Source: a virus (Duplodnaviria; Heunggongvirae; Uroviricota; Caudoviricetes). Taken from it: a stretch of DNA of 57,059 nt. The position numbers and the translations under genes were made by a program. The stretch lies in the IMG/VR virus record IMGVR_UViG_3300047471_000949. The stretch is one strand, 5' to 3'. The stretch's first letter is position 1. The number at the start of each line of letters is the position of its first letter. The notes below the pieces were generated by a model. That model saw nothing but the letters and a program-made list of their open reading frames with translations, searched no databases and was not told the origin of the DNA. This document shows, piece by piece, positions 27,377-36,090 of this stretch.

Positions 27377-27450
27377 AGGCCTTTATCTTAAAAGTAAAGT
27401 ATCTGGCCTACACCCAGAATAAAACGGGGCAGTACCGTTAAGGCCTACCA
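27377..27450 (+). tRNA. tRNA-Val(TAC), C33, atypical T-loop
   Basis: TCTGG-cctacac-CCAGA; T-loop GGCAGTA; ACCA. Confidence 0.8.
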
Positions 27451-27535
27451 GAACCCTTTATACTTTTATAAAAGTATTACAAGCGAGGATAGATAACAAA
27501 ACATAGGGCCTCGACCATTCCCTTATAAATATATC

Positions 27536-27706
27536 ATGGTCCTAGGAGTTCTCATAACTCTACTTTTTATCATCCTGCTGATTGCCATCCTTGACTGGTT
27601 AGGCGGAATGGCCGGTATTCCCGGCAACATTATCCAAATACTAAAAATCATCATCATTGTTATCGGAATCTTCAAAATTATAGCGATGTTAGGTTTTGGT
27701 TTTTAG
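27536..27706 (+). CDS. Small two-TM membrane protein (56 aa, not in ORF track)
   Basis: MVLGVLITLLFIILLIAILDWLGG...; preceded by TATAAATA. Confidence 0.65.
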   Translation: MVLGVLITLLFIILLIAILDWLGGMAGIPGNIIQILKIIIIVIGIFKIIAMLGFGF

Positions 27707-27780
27707 CAGCCTTAGCTCAGAGGAAGAGCGCAAGATCGACATTCTTGAGGTCCGGATTTCAAAATTCCGAGGCTGCACCA
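27706..27780 (+). tRNA. tRNA-Val(GAC), C33
   Basis: CAAGA-tcgacat-TCTTG; ACCA. Confidence 0.85.
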
Positions 27781-27904
27781 GAATTGGGTGAACCGTTCGA
27801 TTCGGTAGGAGTAGCTATCCGCCTGTGGCCGCAGGATTGCTTGGTGGCACACCCAGTGAAAACAGTTCTTGACATATATGGATAGACGTGTTAGATTTAA
27901 AATT

Positions 27905-28805
27905 CAGTTTCCCGTATGCGGAAAGAGGTTACGTAAGTAACTGACAGGGGATTGTGTCCTATACCACCCCCGACCAGAAATGGGCGAAGCATACCGATCA
28001 AACTAATTTCCTAACAAGGGAGTTCGTCACTTGGCCGTGGCGATAGGATCGACAGTTGGTGAAGGTTAATGTTTCCTGGGTAACACTGGGGGAATAAAGG
28101 GCAGCTAGGCTCTACCGATCATACGCAAACAACTTAGATATGATAGTAAATGATCAGGGCGCGACAAAGTCCGATGCTTAGCGGCAAAGGGCGGCGCGAA
28201 ATATCAAGGGTGGCGGCTCGTACGTTGTCCTGAAGTATTTTCGAGTATCCCGCAAGGAGAAAGGAATTAGGAGTGTTGCATTCTATAAGGCCAAAACCTT
28301 ACGGAACAACTGGAACAGCGCTTCTAGGTAGGTTCTACTATGGGTTCGATTCCCATCGCCCGCTCCAGTATACACATAGAGTTTAACGTGCTTCAACGTT
28401 ATTATGTGTGTATAAAGCGGGTGTCGAGATTGGTATTTCAACTTCATTTGAAACGAAGCATTCAGAAAAAGGCAAAGACTGTTCCAGTGGTAGACGTAAG
28501 TGGTCAAACACGATCCCGCAAGGAAGATCGTCCGAGGCGAGCCCGCAAGGTTCACCCCTGTTGTTTGAGGAAACTTCATAATCGCTTAGCGGCGACTAAC
28601 TGATCCAAAGTCAGGTGGAGCGACAATCAGACGAGTAGCTTACCGCGATAAAGGAACCGCCACCTTTCAAAGGCGACCATGATCGGATACTTGTTGACTA
28701 GCGATGGCATCAAAAGCAGTGAGTGGACGCGAATGAAACCCGAGTGGGCAATCTTGGGGCATAATCTTCAAAGGCCGATCAATGAAACTGTAATCTCAGG
28801 TTTCT
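27905..28805 (+). ncRNA. Large ornate ncRNA, GOLLD-like
   Basis: ~900 nt without a credible ORF, with its own promoter (TTGACA 27869), inside a phage tRNA array. Has many GNRA hairpins (CCCGCAAGG x3), long-range CTGGAACAG/CTGTTCCAG and a 3' GAAACTGTAATCTCAGGTTTC hairpin. Family assignment is from recalled motifs, not a CM search. Confidence 0.65.
28330..28444 (+). ncRNA. Circularly permuted tRNA-Gly-like domain embedded in the large ncRNA
   Basis: The 3' half (T-arm ATGGG-ttcgatt-CCCAT, CGCCCGC-T-CCA, 28340-67) precedes the 5' half (GCGGGTG + D-arm, 28417-39); they are separated by a TATACACATA/TATGTGTGTATA hairpin. Confidence 0.8.
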
Positions 28806-28981
28806 ATTAATTTTTTCAGGAGAAAAAAATGGATTTGCGCTGGATACTGTTGGCGATAATAGTTTTATGGTATGCCGTCATGATTTTTTGGGTCTATCCG
28901 CTCTAAAAACAGTTCTTGACATCTCCTTTCTACTCTGATACTCTATAAATACAATAAAGACATTAACCAGGAGAAACTGAA

Positions 28982-29158
28982 ATGTCTGAAATCAAGTCTA
29001 TGTCCTTTGTTCAATCGATGAAGGACTACTTTGGCCTCTTGCCGGGAAAGTCCAATGTGGACTTCCTTCGCGAAATCAAGGCTCTCAACGACGAGGACCG
29101 AAAGTGGTTCCGTGAAAACCTTCCCAAAGTGGGATACCAAGTTCTGGATTCTCACTAA
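28982..29158 (+). CDS. Small hypothetical protein (58 aa, not in ORF track)
   Basis: Early and late promoter motifs, AGGAG RBS, MSEIKSMSFVQSMKDYFGLLPG... Confidence 0.75.
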   Translation: MSEIKSMSFVQSMKDYFGLLPGKSNVDFLREIKALNDEDRKWFRENLPKVGYQVLDSH

Positions 29159-29509
29159 ATAGAATAACTAGATGTGGGCCCCGTGTCTAGTTAGACGTAA
29201 GTAAGTATAAGTCAACGGGGCTTTTATAAGGTAGTAAAATGTAGTGGTCTTACCCGTCACTAATGGTTTTAAGGGATTGTTCCGGAGACCCAATACAATC
29301 CCACTCTATTTTTTCTAAGGCGTAGGACACCAATAAAATCACCTAAATATTTTACCTACGTCCCAGAAAAAATATTCTTCAGTGAGCAATCAAGGCCAAC
29401 GGCTGAGATAGAACACCTAAGACTGTTGGGTCCAACGAGGTTCAATATCGCGAGGTATTGTGTAAGACTCGAGGAGAGAGGTCTATCTCCTGAAGAAAAA
29501 ATAATAATA

Positions 29510-30079
29510 ATGAGTGCGTTTGACGAATATAAAGACAACCTCTTCCATATTTTAGACTGTGTAGAAGTAACCAGGGAAAACGGCAAGATCAGCTTTTCCG
29601 AGGGTTATGATGCGTTTATTAGCAACGTCAAAGACTTTAGAACTTCCCAGAATAAACTGATCTTTATCGGCAACGGCGGCTCTGCTGCTATTGCTTCTCA
29701 TATGGCCATTGACTATTCCAAAGCTGGCGGAATAAATGCTGTTGCCTTGAATGATCCAGCGGCTCTGACCTGTCTCGCTAACGATTATGGTTATGAGCAA
29801 GTATTCTCGAAACAACTTTACTATCAATATAGAGACGGCGATATTTTAGTTGCAATATCATCCTCAGGACAATCTGAGAATATTCTAAAAGCAGTATATT
29901 ATCTAAAGCCGTTTGCAACTATTTTTACCTTTTCCGGGTTCAAACCAGATAATCCTTTACGACAAATGGGACACTTGAACTTTTATGTTCCAAGCGATAG
30001 CTATGGATTCGTGGAAATCAGTCATCTAATACTATTACACGCCATTCTCGATATATACAACAACGAAAAACCAAAATGA
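29510..30079 (+). CDS. gmhA: Phosphoheptose isomerase (SIS domain)
   Basis: GNGGSAAIASH, LTCLANDYGYEQVFSKQ, AISSSGQSEN; start reassigned to ATG 29510. Confidence 0.85.
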   Translation: MSAFDEYKDNLFHILDCVEVTRENGKISFSEGYDAFISNVKDFRTSQNKLIFIGNGGSAAIASHMAIDYSKAGGINAVALNDPAALTCLANDYGYEQVFSKQLYYQYRDGDILVAISSSGQSENILKAVYYLKPFATIFTFSGFKPDNPLRQMGHLNFYVPSDSYGFVEISHLILLHAILDIYNNEKPK

Positions 30080-30228
30080 CTGACGTATATGATATTTTGC
30101 CCACAATTGAAGTAAAAACTGGTGAAAAACTGATAGATGCTTTGGTTCGTATAAAATTCGCCACATCAAAAAGAGAAGCAAAACATCTTATTCAAGCAGG
30201 AGCAGTGAGGTTAATAAAAATAAAATGA
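30076..30228 (+). CDS. Stand-alone S4-like RNA-binding mini-protein (50 aa, not in ORF track)
   Basis: LPTIEV...LIDALV..FATSKREAKHLIQAGAVRL resembles the TyrRS C-terminal S4 domain; ATGA overlaps on both sides. Confidence 0.7.
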   Translation: MTDVYDILPTIEVKTGEKLIDALVRIKFATSKREAKHLIQAGAVRLIKIK

Positions 30229-31280
30229 CTGACGCAGAACTATTTCCTAATAATAACTGGGACCTGATGGAGAACAATGAGGTTGGTGCCAATGCTCACG
30301 GTGGTACTGAACGCTACTCCAGATTTGTTTTTGACGGCACCATTCCTCGTGCCTTATTCGAGAATGTTCAGATTATCCCTTCACGAATCCGTGAAATCAA
30401 AGAGGACAAGATTCGAGTATATTGGGAGCATAATCTGCCGAATGATCCTGAGAGCATTCATCTCAAGGAGGAAAACTTACGCAATCGATTCCATAAGATC
30501 GTATTTCTGTCAAACTGGCATTATCAACAGTTTATGAATCATTTAGGAATGCCGTATGAATCGAAGAACACTGTAATCGAAGGCGGCTTTTACATTGACG
30601 AAACTTTACCTCCTCCAGAAAAACCTGATCCCAAGGAAATGGTGAATATTGCCTACTACACAACACCCCATCGCGGGCTTGAAATCCTGGTGCCGGTGTT
30701 TGTTCATATGGCCAAGGAAGACCCAAAAATCCATCTGCACGTTCATTCGTCATTCAAGATGTATGGCTGGGACGACCGCGACAAACAATTCGAGCAGCTA
30801 TACAAGACCTGTGAGGAACATCCTCAGATCACCTATCACGGTTTTACTGAATACTGGGAACTTCGCAAGCAACTGGAGAAATATCATATTTTCGGCTATC
30901 CGAATATCTGGCCAGAAACCATGTGTCGTTCTGTACTGGAAGGCATGTATTATGGACTGGTTTGTGTACATCCTAATTTTGCAGCGCTTCCTGATACCAC
31001 TGGGGGTCTCAATCCGTTTATGTATTCGGCGACAACCAACCATAACGAACACGCCAATATATTTTTAAATCAGCTGCATAATGCAGTGCAGGTGGTGCGT
31101 GAAAGTCCTGAAGGACTGAAAAATCAACTATTATTCAACAGGGCGTATATCTGTACTCGATATTCCTCAAGAATAGTGCATTATAAATGGGAAAAGCTTT
31201 TGGAGGCCCTAAACCAGCAATATCCAACTGTTGAAAGCCGAGCAATGGTTAAAGAGCAGTTTATATATCGGGTGAACTAA
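30225..31280 (+). CDS. Glycosyltransferase (GT-B/GT4-like)
   Basis: HGGTE, YYTTPHRGLEIL, YPNIWPETMCRSVLEGM. Confidence 0.85.
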   Translation: MTDAELFPNNNWDLMENNEVGANAHGGTERYSRFVFDGTIPRALFENVQIIPSRIREIKEDKIRVYWEHNLPNDPESIHLKEENLRNRFHKIVFLSNWHYQQFMNHLGMPYESKNTVIEGGFYIDETLPPPEKPDPKEMVNIAYYTTPHRGLEILVPVFVHMAKEDPKIHLHVHSSFKMYGWDDRDKQFEQLYKTCEEHPQITYHGFTEYWELRKQLEKYHIFGYPNIWPETMCRSVLEGMYYGLVCVHPNFAALPDTTGGLNPFMYSATTNHNEHANIFLNQLHNAVQVVRESPEGLKNQLLFNRAYICTRYSSRIVHYKWEKLLEALNQQYPTVESRAMVKEQFIYRVN

Positions 31281-32251
31281 TGGCAAAATATCTTGTAACT
31301 GGCGCCGCAGGCTTTATAGGTTCGCATCTGTGTGACCGATTGTTGGAATTGGGTCATACGGTTATTGGTCTTGATAACAAAAAAATAAAACATTTAGGAT
31401 ATCAAAATAATTCGAATCCGAATTTTACTTTCATTAATTGTGATCTAACAAAACATTTTGATGGCGCTATATACGACAACATCGATATGGTATTTCATCT
31501 TGCTGCCAATGCTGATGTTCGTCACGGCTTTGAAGACACCAAACGAGACTTGGAACACAACACAATTGCGACCTATAATGTGTTGGAATTGATGCGGAGA
31601 GCCAACATTAATAAGATTGCATTCTCCTCAACCTCAGCAATATATGGAGATATTGGTAAGCAATATTTCCCCAAACCAATCCCTGAAAATTGTCAGATTC
31701 CTACACAAATCTCGTTGTATGGTGCATCGAAGCTGGCTTGTGAGGGACTGATTCAAGCTTATTGTTCTGGTTTCGGAATGCAATCTTGGATATTTCGTTT
31801 CTCGTCCATTATCGGCGAAAGATATTCACATGGCTTTATTTACGATTTTTATCGACAGCTAAAGAAAGACCCAACCAAACTTTATGTGGTAGGAGGAAAA
31901 GATCAGCAGAAATCTTATCTTTATGTTAAGGATTGCGTTGAAGGAATATTGCACGCCATCAATTCCGATTGGACATTTAGTCATGGTATCTATAATCTTG
32001 GTCATAATGATGCTGTTTCTTTGACCGACACGATTCCTATCATCACTCGTTATCTTGGAATTAATCCTGAAGTGACTTGGTCAGGAAACCCAGTGGGTTG
32101 GAAAGGCGACAGCAAATATTCTTTTGTTGATACTTCCAGAATAAAAGGTTTCGGTTGGCATCCGACAGTATCAATTTCCGAAGGGATCATTCTAACGCTC
32201 AAATGGCTTCAAGAGAACGAATGGATTTTAGAACAGAGAGGTGATTTATGA
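31280..32251 (+). CDS. NAD-dependent nucleotide-sugar epimerase/dehydratase
   Basis: VTGAAGFIGSHL, SSTSAIYG, YGASK. Confidence 0.93.
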   Translation: MAKYLVTGAAGFIGSHLCDRLLELGHTVIGLDNKKIKHLGYQNNSNPNFTFINCDLTKHFDGAIYDNIDMVFHLAANADVRHGFEDTKRDLEHNTIATYNVLELMRRANINKIAFSSTSAIYGDIGKQYFPKPIPENCQIPTQISLYGASKLACEGLIQAYCSGFGMQSWIFRFSSIIGERYSHGFIYDFYRQLKKDPTKLYVVGGKDQQKSYLYVKDCVEGILHAINSDWTFSHGIYNLGHNDAVSLTDTIPIITRYLGINPEVTWSGNPVGWKGDSKYSFVDTSRIKGFGWHPTVSISEGIILTLKWLQENEWILEQRGDL

Positions 32252-32371
32252 GAAAAGTTCTTTGTTTCTTTGGATTTCATTACTATATTGCTGATCCGAA
32301 TCATTATCACGGTAACGTATGCAAGCATTGTGGGAAATGGAAATCAACAACTGGACCGATGTGGGGATAAA

Positions 32372-32590
32372 ATGAGTATCTATATAATCTACTATAACTA
32401 TCAAGAAGCCTTTGTTACTACAATAGACGACGAGCATCTAATGCTGGATAAGTATTTCAATACAACAACAGACCGAGAAAAACAAGATTTTACTAGAGTA
32501 GTAAAAGATACAGAATCGATTAGATGTTATATCTATTCGGATAAGGTTGATGACTTAGGTTTTTTTAATTCTTATTTGGCAACCGGATAA
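32372..32590 (+). CDS. Hypothetical protein
   Basis: GGGG RBS; coupled to the kinase gene. Confidence 0.5.
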   Translation: MSIYIIYYNYQEAFVTTIDDEHLMLDKYFNTTTDREKQDFTRVVKDTESIRCYIYSDKVDDLGFFNSYLATG

Positions 32591-33576
32591 TGTATATCTC
32601 AAAGACTCCTCTTCGAATCTCACTGTTTTCCGGTGGAGATATGGAAGCGTTTTATAAACACGATGATGGTTATTGCCTGTCGGCGACTATCGATAAATAT
32701 ATTACGATCAATGTCTCTAGATCACAACACCAGAACATCAAAATAGCACAAGCTCATTTTTCCGAAGCTGAAAACGGCGAATGTCCTGATGATATAAAGA
32801 ATGCTTTGGTCCGTGAGACATTAAAAACACTTGGAATTTCAAACAATATCACAATCTCAGCAGTTTCCGACATTGATGCTTATGGTTCAGGTTTAGGGTC
32901 GTCCTCAGCATTCACAGTCGGCTTAATTGCTGCGCTATATTCTTTAAAAGGTGACAATACCTATAGTAAATGGGACCTTGCCGAAGACGCATGTCATATT
33001 GAAATCAATCGCTGCGGCCACCCTGTCGGCAAACAAGACCAATATGCCGCGGCACTTGGCGGTCTGAACCTATTAAAGTTTGGCCGTAACGGCGAGGTAA
33101 CTCAAACATGCTCAAGGGAGGCATTTTATGGACTTAGAAAGCTTCATCGGAACCTGCTTCTTGTGTATAGTGGTATTAATCGCTCTGCTAATGATATTCT
33201 AAAGATACAGAATCAGAATCTTAAAGACGATAGAACTAAGTTTGCATTATTAAAAGCCAACGCTGTCCGAGCGCTAACCGCCTTCGCTTTACTTGAAAAC
33301 CGTCAATACGACCGAATTGGCGACCTGATGGCTGATGCATGGCTCGATAAAAAAGAGGTTGCTAGCGGTATCAGCAATCCAGAGATTGATGAAATCTACC
33401 AGATGGCGCGCCGACACGGTGCCCGTGGTGGAAAACTGATTGGGGCTGGAGGCGGAGGATTCTTTATCTTCTATGCCGACGAAGAATACCATATCGATAT
33501 TAAAAACGCCTTGTCGCCTTTGAAGTTTTACGATTTCAATTTTGTTGAAAAAGGATGTGAAGTATTTAAGATATGA
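32590..33576 (+). CDS. hddA: GHMP sugar kinase, HddA-like (heptose-7-phosphate kinase)
   Basis: TPLRISLFSGGD, GSGLGSSSA, GKQDQYAAALGG, GGKLIGAGGGGF. Confidence 0.85.
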   Translation: MYISKTPLRISLFSGGDMEAFYKHDDGYCLSATIDKYITINVSRSQHQNIKIAQAHFSEAENGECPDDIKNALVRETLKTLGISNNITISAVSDIDAYGSGLGSSSAFTVGLIAALYSLKGDNTYSKWDLAEDACHIEINRCGHPVGKQDQYAAALGGLNLLKFGRNGEVTQTCSREAFYGLRKLHRNLLLVYSGINRSANDILKIQNQNLKDDRTKFALLKANAVRALTAFALLENRQYDRIGDLMADAWLDKKEVASGISNPEIDEIYQMARRHGARGGKLIGAGGGGFFIFYADEEYHIDIKNALSPLKFYDFNFVEKGCEVFKI

Positions 33577-33905
33577 TGGCCTTGTTGTTCGAATCGATTG
33601 ATACACACATACTTAAATCAAAAACAGAACGCCAATCTCATTTAAATCTATTAGAAGATTGTATTGAGATTGGCGGTAGAGAAAGTCGTGAATTTCGAGG
33701 CTTATTAGCACATTACTTGAAAACAACTATACCAACAGGTATGAAGATATATTGTTGTCACGCTTGTAATAATGACAAATGTTCCAACCCAAAGCATCTT
33801 TATTGGGGAACAGCAGGTGAAAATAATCAAGATGCATACGATTGTGGCGCTAATATAAGCATTGCCTCTCGAATGAAACTAAAGAGAATTTCTAATGGCC
33901 TGTAG
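33573..33905 (+). CDS. HNH-type endonuclease abutting tRNA-Ile
   Basis: CCHACNNDKCSNPKHLYWGTAGENNQD. Confidence 0.8.
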   Translation: MMALLFESIDTHILKSKTERQSHLNLLEDCIEIGGRESREFRGLLAHYLKTTIPTGMKIYCCHACNNDKCSNPKHLYWGTAGENNQDAYDCGANISIASRMKLKRISNGL

Positions 33906-33970
33906 CACAACGGTTAGTGCAGTCGGCCGATAACCGACAGACGAAAGTTCGACTCTTTCTAGGCCAACCA
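33896..33970 (+). tRNA. tRNA-Ile(GAT), C33
   Basis: GTCGG-ccgataa-CCGAC; ACCA. Confidence 0.9.
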
Positions 33971-34039
33971 ATTCTCAATCAAGCTCACCGGATGGTGTTA
34001 AAGCGATCGTTGAAAAGGCCGCGCAGCTTGATTATCTGT

Positions 34040-34115
34040 GGACCCGTAGCATAATAGGTAGTGCGCTGGCCTTTTAATCCATGAGATTCCGATTCGAATT
34101 CGGACGGGTCTACCA
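34040..34115 (+). tRNA. tRNA-Lys(TTT)
   Basis: Loop CTTTTAA (weak stem); GGACCCG/CGGGTCT-ACCA. Confidence 0.83.
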
Positions 34116-34122
34116 ATTTTAA

Positions 34123-34198
34123 GGACGCCTAGCACAATAGGTAGTGCTCTATCCTCTTAAGTTAGAAGGTCTCGGTTCGACTCCGAGGGCGTTCACCA
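34123..34198 (+). tRNA. tRNA-Lys(CTT)
   Basis: Loop CTCTTAA; GGTTCGACTCC; ACCA. Confidence 0.88.
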
Positions 34199-34357
34199 CC
34201 CTATAAATATCCGATGCTGCGCCGGTTTATCTTCGTTAAATTGATAGGCCTTGCAATTTTTTTCTTACCGTGTCGGGATAAAGAGTTACAAGCTGAACTG
34301 AAAAGAGAAATGAATCTAGTTATACTGGATCACTTGTATAAAAGTCGAATTAAGTAG

Positions 34358-34822
34358 ATGTCGTTATTAGATATTATGCCAGCAATGAAGATTGCGATAG
34401 ACCAGCTTGCTCGCGAGCAAGTTCCATCTGATAACCTTAAATATGCTGCAGCTCTTCTGATAGGACAGGCCCTCACGGAAAGCGGGTTAAACCCCAACGC
34501 TATTCACGACAACAATACTGGATATGGTATCTATGGAGCCAGGCTTGAACGAAAAGATGCTATGTGGAAATGGCTTAAAGACAACAGCTATCCAGAAAAC
34601 TCTCTTGAAGGCCAAGTTCGTTATATGGTCATTGAAGCAATGGCCAAGCCAATCTGCCGCCAGTCACTTTTAACAGCTACTTCATATAATCAGCCACTCG
34701 GAAACTTTATTCTGACGCATTTTTTTGAGGCGCCGAAGATTGAGAACCTCGGCACCCGTCTCAAAAATACTAAAAAAGCATTACTTGTCTATGAATTAGG
34801 GGGTGTTGGCAGTGTTAGTTAA
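34358..34822 (+). CDS. Phage tail lysozyme-like (Phage_lysozyme2) protein
   Basis: AAALLIGQALTESGLNPNAIHD..TGYGI...R; FFEAP. Confidence 0.75.
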   Translation: MSLLDIMPAMKIAIDQLAREQVPSDNLKYAAALLIGQALTESGLNPNAIHDNNTGYGIYGARLERKDAMWKWLKDNSYPENSLEGQVRYMVIEAMAKPICRQSLLTATSYNQPLGNFILTHFFEAPKIENLGTRLKNTKKALLVYELGGVGSVS

Positions 34823-35125
34823 AGGTGTGCTGGCTGTAATAGCAGCCGCTAAAGCATTAGCCGAGGCTTGCAGGTCAGTCGTAAAAGCTTGTAACGCAAC
34901 TGGATCATTCTTAGCAATGGCTGCAGCGAGTTGAGCGGCAAGACCATGGATCAGAGCAACAGCCGAAGCTTCAACTGAGGCGTTTTGTGCGACTTGTGCC
35001 TTTAGGGCATCGAGTTCAGCAGACATATTTTTTTCTCCTTGTGTAAGCTTATTTAGTTGGGATACAATATAGTGGATGTTCTGTTCAATTCTATTTAGTT
35101 GATTAGGATCATCCCACCAGCCCAT
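34796..35125 (-). CDS. Ala-rich helical hypothetical protein
   Basis: LDALKAQVAQNASVEASAVALIHGLAAQL..DPVALQA motif; GAGG RBS. Confidence 0.7.
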   Translation of the reverse strand: MGWWDDPNQLNRIEQNIHYIVSQLNKLTQGEKNMSAELDALKAQVAQNASVEASAVALIHGLAAQLAAAIAKNDPVALQAFTTDLQASANALAAAITASTPLTNTANTP

Positions 35126-35156
35126 CTTTGTTCCTCTTTAGGTTATTTAGTGAAAA

Positions 35157-35233
35157 GCGCTATTGGTGTGTAGTGACTAGCATAGCCGCCTGTCGAGCGG
35201 TAGGAGGGGGATTGAAACCCCCATAGCGCGCCA
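35157..35233 (+). tRNA. tRNA-Asp(GTC)
   Basis: CCGC-ctgtcga-GCGG; G73-CCA. Confidence 0.85.
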
Positions 35234-35281
35234 TTTTAAGTCTTGACATAGTGCAGTGCAACCGATAAGATAAATAGCATC

Positions 35282-35485
35282 ATGAATTATCAAGACATCT
35301 TCTTAACTCTGAACCACCCCAAACGCCGATACAAAAAATGGAAGAGATTTCATTTTACTGATTTGCTTGGCAAACACAAAATCGTGTCGGGCGGCATCGA
35401 ATCCGACGGAACTGAAACACGCATTCACGATCTTAATATGTCCACTGATTCTTATGAAGTAGCCAAATCAGACTGTAAAAAATAA
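35282..35485 (+). CDS. Hypothetical protein
   Basis: Downstream of a TTGACA promoter. Confidence 0.55.
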   Translation: MNYQDIFLTLNHPKRRYKKWKRFHFTDLLGKHKIVSGGIESDGTETRIHDLNMSTDSYEVAKSDCKK

Positions 35486-35524
35486 GTTCTTGACATAACG
35501 TTGGATATAGCTTATCATCATTCT

Positions 35525-35893
35525 ATGAAACTTATCATCAAATACAACGAGATGACCGAGCCGCCGACTCTGGAACTTTATATTCACGGAGCCCCGCATA
35601 AACGCGAACACCGTAAATCGCTCCAAAGGTTCCGCGAAGAGTTGACTGAACTGGCCGTGAGAAAGATTGGCGATAAGGTCGATTTACCTATCGATTGGCC
35701 TATTGATTTGAAGGTCGTTTATTCCAACCCGAATTCTCCTGATATGGATCATCTGCTTGAGGCAACTTTTATGGCCCTCGACGGAAAAAGCCTGAAGGGA
35801 CCTTCTATTCTGACCGACGACCGATATATTCAGAAAGCGACGATAAGTAAATATTATGCAAACCCACCGACAAAAAGAGATGGAGCAAGATGA
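35525..35893 (+). CDS. RusA-like resolvase-fold protein (degenerate)
   Basis: PIDLKVVY..P..PDMDHLL...ALDG...ILTDDRYI. Confidence 0.55.
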   Translation: MKLIIKYNEMTEPPTLELYIHGAPHKREHRKSLQRFREELTELAVRKIGDKVDLPIDWPIDLKVVYSNPNSPDMDHLLEATFMALDGKSLKGPSILTDDRYIQKATISKYYANPPTKRDGAR

Positions 35894-35999
35894 ACTTTGT
35901 CGATTCAACGATAGTAATACTAATACTATTGCTTATGTTTGGTGTGATGATTTATACTCAATATATATTCGGTAAGTGGCTAACTACAATATTCGATAA

Positions 36000-36085
36000 G
36001 GAGAGTTAACCTGGCTGGGCTGGGGATAGTCTTGAAAACTAAACGCAGGGCAACCTGTGGCGTTCGATTCGTCAGCTCTCCGCCA
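36000..36085 (+). tRNA. tRNA-Ser(TGA)
   Basis: TAGT-cttgaaa-ACTA; long variable arm; GCCA. Confidence 0.9.
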
Positions 36086-36090
36086 ATTAT

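Noticed and set aside
28330-28444. Two-piece tmRNA
   Set aside because: Topology is similar, but the acceptor has Gly rather than Ala (G3-U70) identity, a D stem is present, and I found no convincing tag reading frame.
28283-28603. ORFs within the large ncRNA
   Set aside because: No RBS or recognisable motifs; they overlap the permuted tRNA domain and dense helices.
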